Source of the DNA: a virus
Taxonomy: Duplodnaviria; Caudoviricetes
Direction: 5' to 3' (one strand)
Virus record (IMG/VR): IMGVR_UViG_3300045580_000406
Location: 1 to 32,975 of that record
DNA length: 32,975 nucleotides
In this document: positions 25,222 through 32,975 of the stretch, in pieces
Position numbering within the stretch: the first letter of the stretch is position 1
Layout: every line of letters begins with the position of its first letter
Notes under the pieces: model-generated
Told to the model about the DNA's origin: nothing
The model's input: the letters and a program-made list of their open reading frames with translations, nothing else
Database searches by the model: none
Translations under genes and position numbers: made by a program

Positions 25222-25701
25222 TTAGACGTCCTTTTGGGCATTAGCCATCAACTCATCAACAATGAGGCGTGAATATTTGCGTCGTAGTCGCCAAATCTTC
25301 CCGTTGAGGTCTTGCATAGCAGTTGTTTCACGGGCTTTGCTTGCAATGTCATCGTCATACAGGTTGTACTTCTTGAAGAGATACTCGTCAAGGTCGGGGC
25401 TCTCAATCAAGATGTCTGATATCCAACCAGCCCGTTTATCCATCGTTATCATTAGTTCGCACAAACCTTCGTAGCCAAACTCATGGTGGATTTTGTTCAC
25501 AACCATCTGACAGTAATGCTTGCGGTAGGTTGCCTCTGCATCATTTGCCCCTTCCATAAAGTTCGCAATGAACTCGGTTAGGTCAGCACGGGTCTGCTCG
25601 TCTAACTCGTGATTGTCGGGGCTGTCTGGATCAAGGAAGTCGCTCACGATTTCAACCCATTTCTGAAAGCGGTCATCGCCTTCATTGTTGTTTGAATACA
25701 T
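25222..25701 (-). CDS. hypothetical protein
   Basis: 159-aa acidic ORF downstream of the DUF932 gene. Confidence 0.7.
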   Translation of the reverse strand: MYSNNNEGDDRFQKWVEIVSDFLDPDSPDNHELDEQTRADLTEFIANFMEGANDAEATYRKHYCQMVVNKIHHEFGYEGLCELMITMDKRAGWISDILIESPDLDEYLFKKYNLYDDDIASKARETTAMQDLNGKIWRLRRKYSRLIVDELMANAQKDV

Positions 25702-25718
25702 TATTTCACTTCAGTCTG

Positions 25719-26744
25719 TCAAACCAAAGACAGAATAATTTCCTGAGCCAACGTCTTCTTGCGTGTGACCCAAGAGTTGTAATCCATTGATGCGATAGCG
25801 CGCTCTTCTGGACGGGCGTCCCGATAATGATCCAGGTACTCAACAACAGTGTTGTACACCGACCAACCGTTGAAACCAAAACCACCAGCATTTTTGTCGT
25901 TCATGTACAACGCACGCAACTGGGTGTAAACGGCTTCACGATTATCCGTCTGTCGCTGTGATTCGCCTTGACGAGCAGGGAAAGTTCCTTCAATGACTTT
26001 TGTAAGGCGGGCCGAAGAAGCCGGGACTGCGATGCTGAGGAGAGCTTCCGCATTTTTCTTGAACGCATCTGCCCACTCTGTTGAAAGACGAAGAACTGTT
26101 TGCGCATCTTCAATTGCAGAATCAGCATTTCGTGTGTGACGAGCCGTGAACGTGGACCGCGCCGCGTTGAGCCCCGCCGTCACCGTGTTCTTGCAGACCG
26201 CACGGATTGAGGTATTGGCGTAGGTGATTGGGGTGCGCCCGTCATGTCCGTTACGAACCAGCATGTAACGCTCAATTTTGTCGTTGATACCAGTCGGGTC
26301 AATGACCAAGCTGCCCAAGTCAAGGCAAGCAAAGAACTCACGACCTTCGTCAAGAACGCCACAGGTGTCTACGACTGCGTCGCCTTTTGACGCCCCAACC
26401 ACATCAAGGGCTCTGTTCAGGCACTCTCGGTTTTGCTGAACAACGAATCGTGTTCCAACGGTTGACAAACCATCAAATGTGCCATCAGGGTTACAACGAA
26501 CTGTTGCCCGTGAGTCGTGGATGATGACGGGGCTCCCGTCTGGGTTCCGGATGAAATTCCCTTCAGCATCTATTGCTGCGACCGAGGTGAGGGCGACATC
26601 AAAGTCTGCTTCGGCGGCGGCAAGCATTGCTTCAGCTGTTTGGAGCCCGTCCATTTTGGTGCCAAGCCTGTGCCACGGAATCTCATTTGCGTAAGCCATC
26701 TTGGCTTTTCCGTTCTTGATTTCAATTTGGTGTGCCATCGTCAT
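25719..26744 (-). CDS. DUF932 / TIGR03299 phage-plasmid family protein
   Basis: MAHQIE...PWHRLG, VVQQNRE, NGHDG, IRAVCKNT, RHT, W..YN.V.EY.DH. Confidence 0.85.
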   Translation of the reverse strand: MTMAHQIEIKNGKAKMAYANEIPWHRLGTKMDGLQTAEAMLAAAEADFDVALTSVAAIDAEGNFIRNPDGSPVIIHDSRATVRCNPDGTFDGLSTVGTRFVVQQNRECLNRALDVVGASKGDAVVDTCGVLDEGREFFACLDLGSLVIDPTGINDKIERYMLVRNGHDGRTPITYANTSIRAVCKNTVTAGLNAARSTFTARHTRNADSAIEDAQTVLRLSTEWADAFKKNAEALLSIAVPASSARLTKVIEGTFPARQGESQRQTDNREAVYTQLRALYMNDKNAGGFGFNGWSVYNTVVEYLDHYRDARPEERAIASMDYNSWVTRKKTLAQEIILSLV

Positions 26745-26754
26745 TCTCCTTCGT

Positions 26755-26795
26755 TGGATTTATCCAATCATACAGATAAATCCAGGCGAAGACAA
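26755..26795 (-). promoter_or_regulatory. promoter of the DUF932 gene with an inverted repeat flanking the -10
   Basis: TTGTCT-17-TATGAT; arms TGGATTTATC (26755-26764) and GATAAATCCA (26775-26784). Confidence 0.65.
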
Positions 26796-26818
26796 CTGTT
26801 CGTGGGACGAGCGGAGCG

Positions 26819-26867
26819 AGCGGGGCCCCCGTCTCCGCCCGGAGATGGGGTAGCGAGCGAAGCGAGT
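26819..26867 (-). repeat. family C hairpin element, copy 2
   Basis: Reverse complement TCGCTTCGC-N-ACCCCA-TCTCC-gggc-GGAGA-CGGGGGCCCCG. Confidence 0.75.
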
Positions 26868-26982
26868 AAGCGGGGTGTAAGCGCGAAGAGGAGCTGCGCG
26901 AATTGCGCGACTGGGACTAGCGCAAAATAATCAGAGCCATTATGGCTACAGAGACAATAGTCATCAAAAAGAAACGCACGAT

Positions 26983-27693
26983 TTATTGCTTGTAGACGCG
27001 CCAGTTGCCGAGCTTGCCCTTGGAGTTGTCCATGATGTACTTCGCTACACGGACGTTGCATACTGGATCCTTGAGACCAGCCATGCGCCCATTAACGGCG
27101 TCCTCTCCGCATACGAGTTTTGTTACTGAATACCAACTGGAGTTGATTTGCAGCAAGCCCGTATCGTAGGACTTGTCCTTGTTCAGGTGGTAGGTCATGT
27201 TGCCATTCGCATCCCATTTGGCGTTCTGTGCCTGAGGGTTGCATCCACTCTCGCGCCACGCGATGTATGAAAACACCTCAACTGGCTCAAGCCCTACTTC
27301 TTTGAACAACGGAATCCACTGAGGGCAGCGTTTTGACTTATCTGCTGGGATGTCATAGCCGTCTGTTGAGTCTTCAGGAATTGACGGAACAACGTTTGTC
27401 GGGAGATTCATGGCTTGAAGTTTTTCCAGATGCTCGCGGCGGGTGATAGCCCCGTAGTGTCCGTCGACCCGAACAGTCCCAATTGCCCGTTGTAGATTTG
27501 CGACCCTGTTGCTTCGCTCGTTAAATGCGTATTTAGCAAGTAAAACCGAGGTCGTTGGACTGTCAGTTCTCTCGGACACCAATGGTGCGAGGACTGCGGT
27601 TGGGAAAACCTGCTCTGCATTTGTTTGCGCTGGGATAACAATCCCGAGGGCGAGTGTGGTTAAAGATGTAATCCATCCATAAATGGGCTTCAA
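26983..27693 (-). CDS. secreted lytic transglycosylase (SLT domain) with peptidoglycan-binding-like segment
   Basis: Signal peptide; VDGHYG; IAWRESGCNP, GLLQIN, DPVCN motifs; TTG start after AGGAG. Confidence 0.85.
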   Translation of the reverse strand: MKPIYGWITSLTTLALGIVIPAQTNAEQVFPTAVLAPLVSERTDSPTTSVLLAKYAFNERSNRVANLQRAIGTVRVDGHYGAITRREHLEKLQAMNLPTNVVPSIPEDSTDGYDIPADKSKRCPQWIPLFKEVGLEPVEVFSYIAWRESGCNPQAQNAKWDANGNMTYHLNKDKSYDTGLLQINSSWYSVTKLVCGEDAVNGRMAGLKDPVCNVRVAKYIMDNSKGKLGNWRVYKQ

Positions 27694-27850
27694 TCTTCTC
27701 TCCTGTGTTTGGCGGATAGGGCAACAGGTGATTAGTACTTACCTGCCTATGTCATTCACTCGTTATGAGATGTATCTATATTACCAAATTGTGACAACAC
27801 AACCAACTCTTTGTGAGCTATAGCGCGTGAAGCCCCGTATTTATTGGGTT

Positions 27851-28084
27851 TTAGCGAGAAAAAATATTTACAGGAATGCCCAAATTGATCATTCCAGTCA
27901 CATCTCCGATGGAAACAACACGCAAATCCATTGTGTCCCATAATATTTCTGCAATTTCACGTGCTGCTTCAATTTCATCTGTACTGGGAGCTGCATCGTC
28001 TTCAGCCCCGAGTTCAACCAGGACGTCGGTGATGCGCTGCTTGATTGCCAGAGTTGCTTCTGCGGTCGTCATTGGCTTGCTCAT
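27851..28084 (-). CDS. hypothetical protein
   Basis: RBS AAGGA; ATGA overlap. Confidence 0.65.
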   Translation of the reverse strand: MSKPMTTAEATLAIKQRITDVLVELGAEDDAAPSTDEIEAAREIAEILWDTMDLRVVSIGDVTGMINLGIPVNIFSR

Positions 28085-28257
28085 GTGTTTTCCTTCGGCT
28101 CGTATCTCGCCTGCTCAAAAGCTGACAAAATGTTCTTAAGTTCTTTCTTCGTAACTGGATCATAGCGTTCGTTTTCACGAAGTTTTTTTAACCCGTCAGT
28201 CAATATCTGTAATTGGAAGTCGGTCAATTTAATTTTGTATTCGCGCCTCCCAAACAT
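28081..28257 (-). CDS. hypothetical protein
   Basis: TAGTAT 7 nt before ATG 28257. Confidence 0.55.
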   Translation of the reverse strand: MFGRREYKIKLTDFQLQILTDGLKKLRENERYDPVTKKELKNILSAFEQARYEPKENT

Positions 28258-28322
28258 GCTTGACATACTAGCGGGGCCGCGGTAGTGTGCAGCTGTACCA
28301 GATACACGAGAGCAGGAGAAAC

Positions 28323-28766
28323 ATGAATAATTCACCAATCACAATCGTCGGGAATGTCACCCAAGACCCCGAACTACTGACACTTCCGAGTGGGCAATCA
28401 AAGCTCAGTTTCTCGGTGGCAGTTAACTACAACTACACCAAGGATGGCGAAAAAGTCGAACAGACATCGTTCTTCGATGTGGAAGCATGGCGCTGGGTCG
28501 CAGAAAATTCTGCAAACGTTCTTGAAAAAGGTGTTGGCGTAGTGGTCGTCGGTCGCCTCAATCAGCGTTCATGGGAAGACAAGGAAACTGGTCAGAAGCG
28601 GTACAAGACCGAAATCCTCGCAGAGGACATCGGAATTCTCACCCGTTCAATTGAATCGTTTGAGCGTCGCAAGGGACAAGGATCCGACAAGGCAGCCGCT
28701 TCATCGCCAGCCCCAAAGCGCACCAAGCCATCAGCACCACAAACCCCTGAGGATGAACCATTCTGA
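28323..28766 (+). CDS. ssb: single-stranded DNA-binding protein
   Basis: ITIVGNVTQDPEL, FSVAVN, GRLNQRSWEDKETGQKR, acidic tail EDEPF; RBS AGGAG. Confidence 0.95.
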   Translation: MNNSPITIVGNVTQDPELLTLPSGQSKLSFSVAVNYNYTKDGEKVEQTSFFDVEAWRWVAENSANVLEKGVGVVVVGRLNQRSWEDKETGQKRYKTEILAEDIGILTRSIESFERRKGQGSDKAAASSPAPKRTKPSAPQTPEDEPF

Positions 28767-28782
28767 CCGAATGATCTCCTAG

Positions 28783-28836
28783 AAAGAAAGCCCCCATTAA
28801 CTCCGTACGGGGATGCGGAGATGGGGGCTTTTCTTT
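28783..28836 (+). terminator. intrinsic terminator after ssb
   Basis: AAAGCCCCCAT...ATGGGGGCTTTTCTTT with inner stem CTCCG/CGGAG. Confidence 0.75.
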
Positions 28837-28842
28837 ATATAA

Positions 28843-28890
28843 GTTCGCTTCGCGAACCACCCCAGCTCCTGGCGGAGCCGGGGGCCCCGG
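28843..28890 (+). repeat. family C hairpin element, copy 3
   Basis: TCGCTTCGC-N-ACCCCA-GCTCC-tggc-GGAGC-CGGGGGCCCCG. Confidence 0.75.
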
Positions 28891-28906
28891 CGTATTGTTT
28901 AGATGG

Positions 28907-29323
28907 ATGACTACAGAACACAGGAAAGCGCCAAGACGTAAAGTCGTTGAGATCCGCAAGACGGGTACGTGGGGGAATATTCAATACACCCATGTCTTAG
29001 AATGTGGTCATAGCGAGAAGAGAGCCCGTGCTGCCTCTTCAAAAGAACTTGCATGCGTGATGTGTCTCCGCATGAAAAGCAAAGAACTTGAAATGAGTTC
29101 ACTTGCCAAACCAAAAATCGTTGATGTAAATTACGACCTGAACGTAAACAGCACAGAGACGCTCGCACAAAGAATTCGTGCCGGCATTGCGTCCAATTTT
29201 AAAGTTCCACACGAAGCAATCGATGTGGTCATGCAAGATGTTGCCGGCAATTTAGAAATTTCTTCTGTTGTGGTCTTTCTTTCTGCAGCTGACGCCTCTA
29301 GGATTGCGGGACTGGCAAAGTGA
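28907..29323 (+). CDS. hypothetical protein with zinc-ribbon-like N-terminus
   Basis: LECGH...CVMC. Confidence 0.65.
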   Translation: MTTEHRKAPRRKVVEIRKTGTWGNIQYTHVLECGHSEKRARAASSKELACVMCLRMKSKELEMSSLAKPKIVDVNYDLNVNSTETLAQRIRAGIASNFKVPHEAIDVVMQDVAGNLEISSVVVFLSAADASRIAGLAK

Positions 29324-29335
29324 AAGGGGCCCGCA

Positions 29336-29695
29336 GTGGAAGAGCAAGTGCAAGACGTTACATATCCACCCGAGGGCGGTGCATGTAAGGGACACCCAGT
29401 TGATTGGTGGTTTCCGGTCAAAGAACCAAATATGACCCATGCTGAACAGCGTGCCTTAAATGAGACAACAATGCGCGCATTACGAATATGCGAAAAATGC
29501 TCAATTAAAGAAGCATGCCTTGACTATTCACTTGAGTGGGAACCAATGGGAATATGGGGCGGTGTAGTAGAAGCTGAACGCCACTACATACGTAGAGAAC
29601 GCAAGTTGTTGCTGAAGCGTGATTTGCGCGTCACATTTGATGGTCGGAACCTGTATTCGATGCGCAAAGAAATGAAGCAGCTAAATGCCCAATAA
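29336..29695 (+). CDS. whiB: WhiB-family transcription factor (divergent)
   Basis: GACKG..WWFP, CEKC, ACLDYSL, GIWGG..EAER; RBS GAAAGGGG. Confidence 0.85.
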   Translation: MEEQVQDVTYPPEGGACKGHPVDWWFPVKEPNMTHAEQRALNETTMRALRICEKCSIKEACLDYSLEWEPMGIWGGVVEAERHYIRRERKLLLKRDLRVTFDGRNLYSMRKEMKQLNAQ

Positions 29696-31520
29696 CGCCC
29701 CGGCTCACGTTGAGAATGTGTTGTCACGGCTTAATGCTGTGCATCCTTCTGGGGCTGGTTGGCAAGCCCGTTGTCCGTGTCGCAACGATGACGAGAACCC
29801 ATCCCTTTCTGTGGGGATCGGACAGGAAAATCAGGTATTGCTGTTTTGTCAGAAAGCCGGAGGATGTTCCGTATCAGAGATTTGTGATTCGATTGGGGTA
29901 AAGGTCGCGGATCTATGGGATAAGGATGGGAGTAATACATTTACGCCTCCACCAAAACTGAGGCAACCTAAAATTGCCAGTCCAGTGCAGGCACAAAACA
30001 AAGAACCCGATAAGTGGACAGAGGTTGAAACCTATGACTATGTAGATGTCAACGGTGAACTCTTGTTCCAAAAGGTTCGCCTCGTAAATCAGCATGGTAA
30101 GAAATCGTTTAGGCAACGTAAACCCGATGGTGATGGTGGCTGGAACTATAAAGTTTGGGAATACGTAGATGGTGAAAAGCAGGGACCCGATCAGGTCTTG
30201 TACAACCTCCCGTCCGTGGCAAAAGCTGTCGCATCAGGAATACCCGTGTGGGTTGTCGAAGGCGAAAAAGATGCGAACACGCTGATCAAACTCGGGTATG
30301 TCGCAACGACAATGACTGGTGGAGCTGGCAACAACAAATGGCTGGATATTCATACAGAAACCCTTGCCGGCGGAATAATTGAGATCATTGCTGACAACGA
30401 TGAGCCAGGACGGATTCATGCAGAGAACGTCTACAACGCCCTATCAGAGGCTGGTTGTGATGCGCAGATATGGATATCAGAGACGCATAAAGACGTAACA
30501 GACCATTTGACTGCTGGCAACACGATGGATGAGCTTGTCCCAATCGAAGAGGCGGGGCAAACGATGATCCCGGTGGATTCTGGTGAGCCAATTGAAGCGG
30601 CACCAGCCAAATCGGCTACACAAAAAGCGGTTGAGGACCTGCTTGCGTTGCTAACGAGTGATGATCTATCTGATGCACAGAAAGTTGCAAAGACTGGAAA
30701 CGTATTACGAAACGCATTCGCTGAGGAACCACTTGACGCTGGTCGATTAGTTGTATGGAACGAGTTCTTAAAGGAAGCCGAACAGGACAGTTACGATTGG
30801 GCTATCCCGGGAATACTGGAACGCGGAGAGCGAGTAATCGTGGTTGCTGCTGAAGGTGTTGGTAAGACGATGCTTGCGCGACAGGTTGCAATCCTGTCAG
30901 CCTCTGGCGTGCACCCATTCACGTTCCGACAGATAACACCCGTGCGAACCCTTACTATCGATCTAGAAAACCCTGAACGAATCATTCGTAGAACATCGCG
31001 CAAGATCATGCATGAAGCGTTGAAGATGAACTACATCAAGAACCCATTGGCACACCTGATGATCAAGCCATCTGGTCTCAACTTATTGATGCAGGATGAT
31101 CGTGCGATATTTGAGCGCGCAATTGAAGAAGTAAAACCCGAGCTTCTATGTATTGGACCGTTATACAAGTCGTTCGTTGATCCTGGTGGCAAAACTGCGG
31201 AATCAGTAGCAATTGAGATTGCTAAGTATCTTGATTCAATTCGGACTATTTATGGGTGCGCGATGTGGATTGAGCACCATGCTCCCCTGGGGACGTCGAT
31301 TACATCTCGGGACTTACGTCCATTCGGCTCCGCGGTGTGGTCTCGTTGGCCCGAATTCGGAATCTCTTTACAGCCAGACCCTACTGCTGGGGCGGCATAC
31401 GTATACGATGTGCGACACTTCCGAGGTGCGCGTGATGAACGTGCATGGCCGTTGAAAATGCGACGTGGGCAACGGTTCCCGTTTGAGGTGTTAGAGTTTA
31501 TGAAGGTGAACAATGAGTGA
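29685..31520 (+). CDS. DNA primase-helicase (Zn-binding + TOPRIM + RecA-like AAA_25/RepA domain)
   Basis: ARCPC...SLS, VEGEKDA, ADNDEPG, Walker A AEGVGKT, DLEN, HH. Confidence 0.88.
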   Translation: MPNNAPAHVENVLSRLNAVHPSGAGWQARCPCRNDDENPSLSVGIGQENQVLLFCQKAGGCSVSEICDSIGVKVADLWDKDGSNTFTPPPKLRQPKIASPVQAQNKEPDKWTEVETYDYVDVNGELLFQKVRLVNQHGKKSFRQRKPDGDGGWNYKVWEYVDGEKQGPDQVLYNLPSVAKAVASGIPVWVVEGEKDANTLIKLGYVATTMTGGAGNNKWLDIHTETLAGGIIEIIADNDEPGRIHAENVYNALSEAGCDAQIWISETHKDVTDHLTAGNTMDELVPIEEAGQTMIPVDSGEPIEAAPAKSATQKAVEDLLALLTSDDLSDAQKVAKTGNVLRNAFAEEPLDAGRLVVWNEFLKEAEQDSYDWAIPGILERGERVIVVAAEGVGKTMLARQVAILSASGVHPFTFRQITPVRTLTIDLENPERIIRRTSRKIMHEALKMNYIKNPLAHLMIKPSGLNLLMQDDRAIFERAIEEVKPELLCIGPLYKSFVDPGGKTAESVAIEIAKYLDSIRTIYGCAMWIEHHAPLGTSITSRDLRPFGSAVWSRWPEFGISLQPDPTAGAAYVYDVRHFRGARDERAWPLKMRRGQRFPFEVLEFMKVNNE

Positions 31521-32151
31521 CGCAGGCGGCAAAGCCCTTACAAGAGAATTCCTATCCGAAAGGGATATGCGCATTTTCAAGATGCGCCAAGCGGGTGTGT
31601 CCGTAGCCGAAATCGGACGAAGATTCAATCTCTCAACGAGCGTTGTGAACAAAGCGGTACAACGGACACTGGAGAAAATGAACCGGGAAGCCCTTCTTGC
31701 CTACCCAGAGGTCCTGAGAATGGAATTGGAGCGTTTAGACGCGCTACAAGCCGCTATATGGCCTATGACGCAGCATCGTAGGGAAATCATGGATGACGGC
31801 ACTGAGGTGACCCATGAGCCTGATCTGAAGGCAATCCAGCAGGTTCTTCTAATTGGGGACAGAAGAGCAAAGCTTCTCGGCATGGAACAGCAAAGCGTCA
31901 ATGTAAAACTTGACGTTCAGGGCGAGGTTGGTGTCAAAGCGACCCTTGCTGGGACTGAAGGTCTTACGCCGGTATCTGCATTTAGCCCTGAAACAGAAGC
32001 GCGCAAACTTCTTGAATTGATGGGCATTTCTGGAGTGTTGCCTGCTGCTACTGTAAAAGAACTGATCGGGAACAGCGAAGTGGATATCGTAGATGCCGAA
32101 CTCGTGGAAATCTCGCCCAGTGAACAAACCGTGGAGAATGAAAATGAGTGA
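31513..32151 (+). CDS. HTH protein, possible terminase small subunit
   Basis: N-terminal HTH (GVSVAEIGRRFNLS); ELERLDAL..AIWP...AI..VL.I.DRRAKLLG pattern. Confidence 0.6.
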   Translation: MSDAGGKALTREFLSERDMRIFKMRQAGVSVAEIGRRFNLSTSVVNKAVQRTLEKMNREALLAYPEVLRMELERLDALQAAIWPMTQHRREIMDDGTEVTHEPDLKAIQQVLLIGDRRAKLLGMEQQSVNVKLDVQGEVGVKATLAGTEGLTPVSAFSPETEARKLLELMGISGVLPAATVKELIGNSEVDIVDAELVEISPSEQTVENENE

Positions 32152-32479
32152 CGAAGTACAGCCAATTGGAGATGTTGACGCAAGCAATATTCGCGCTGCC
32201 ATGGACAAGGTTGCGGAAACGCTAAAACCAACACGCAGGACGATGGTTAAAGATGGTGATGCACCGGCTGGTGCGCAACAGTTGATTCGTTGCACGGACG
32301 AAGAGAAAGCGAATTGGAAGGCAGTAGCAGAAAACGAAGGAATTTCCGTTTCCGAATGGATTCGCAATCTGTTGAACAAGGAAGCCCACAAGAAGCTTGT
32401 CTGCCAGCATCCAAAGGATCAGCGTAAGTCGTACCCATGGTCCGAGAAGTGTCTCGTATGTGGAGAGCGTTTGCGATAG
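32144..32479 (+). CDS. RHH-like protein with C-terminal Cys motif
   Basis: LIRCTDEEKANWKAVAENEGISVSEWIR; CQH...CLVCG. Confidence 0.65.
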   Translation: MSDEVQPIGDVDASNIRAAMDKVAETLKPTRRTMVKDGDAPAGAQQLIRCTDEEKANWKAVAENEGISVSEWIRNLLNKEAHKKLVCQHPKDQRKSYPWSEKCLVCGERLR

Positions 32480-32543
32480 CAGCTATCTAATTTAGAGATA
32501 CTTTCACAAGTAGCAATCATTTAATGCGCTTGCTGCCATACTA

Positions 32544-32729
32544 ATGCGCATGATTTCTCTATTTATTCTTCTTGCAATACTTGTTGCGGCAATCGCCGTG
32601 CATAACGCGCTTATGGGCATCGTTGATGGGTACGAACAGTACGGTGATTCACGTGACTATGCTCGTCGTATCGATCAGTTGTACTTCGAACTGTATAAGT
32701 CCGAGCAGTACGAACGCGCTTCTCGCTAG
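32544..32729 (+). CDS. small membrane protein
   Basis: Hydrophobic N-terminus. Confidence 0.45.
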   Translation: MRMISLFILLAILVAAIAVHNALMGIVDGYEQYGDSRDYARRIDQLYFELYKSEQYERASR

Positions 32730-32974
32730 TCTTTCTTCTTAGCGTTTTGATAACGCTCTAGCATTCGCCTGCCTTTTGCGGCAAGAGCGGCTGCATCTGA
32801 CGCATCTTGCGGGACTGGTTCACCCCAGGCAGCTGCAGACAAAGCAAGTCGTGTTGAGCGACCCTTTTCGTCTTTCATTGGTCCTGATGGATTGGTGAAA
32901 AAGCGCGTAAGGAACGAACCCTTTCGTCGCATCTTTTCTGGCGTATCGGCAGCACCGCGTACACCAGGCTTAAG
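32726..32974 (-). CDS. phage protein, DUF6321-like, 5'-truncated
   Basis: Frame open to the window end; LKPGV...RRKGSF..RF...PMKDEKGRSTRLAL..AW. Confidence 0.6.
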   Translation of the reverse strand, partial: LKPGVRGAADTPEKMRRKGSFLTRFFTNPSGPMKDEKGRSTRLALSAAAWGEPVPQDASDAAALAAKGRRMLERYQNAKKKD

Positions 32975-32975
32975 G

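Noticed and set aside
27694-27800. Riboswitch (for example c-di-AMP) in the lytic transglycosylase leader
   Set aside because: Only a short CAGGT/ACCTG stem seen, with no recognisable conserved riboswitch motifs; an Rfam scan would be needed

Overview
Fragment of a large tailed-phage genome that most likely infects an actinobacterium (three WhiB-family genes, many leaderless starts, GAAAGG-type RBSs). No virion structural genes, rRNA, tRNA or CRISPR are seen. The left ~7 kb encodes a metallophosphoesterase, an HslV/proteasome-beta-like protease, WhiB, two RHH proteins and a replication initiator/loader-like pair beside a sharp A/C-to-G/T strand-skew flip (~4230), plus a candidate structured sRNA (5391-5513). 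From ~7.3 to 25 kb is a divergent array of short, mostly unknown genes organised as cassettes. Twenty copies of one promoter (TTGnnn-17 bp-TAnnnT, spacer usually ending ATAACCGA) drive them, and 12 of the 20 are predicted leaderless. Interspersed are 12 same-strand TTCC(G)CCACCGT sites, five of which extend into a fixed-length ~55-bp module. The right part encodes a HARP/SNF2 helicase, a DUF932 protein, a lytic transglycosylase, SSB, a primase-helicase and an HTH/terminase-small-like protein, and holds three copies of a covarying hairpin element. All family calls come from motif recognition by eye, not from database searches.
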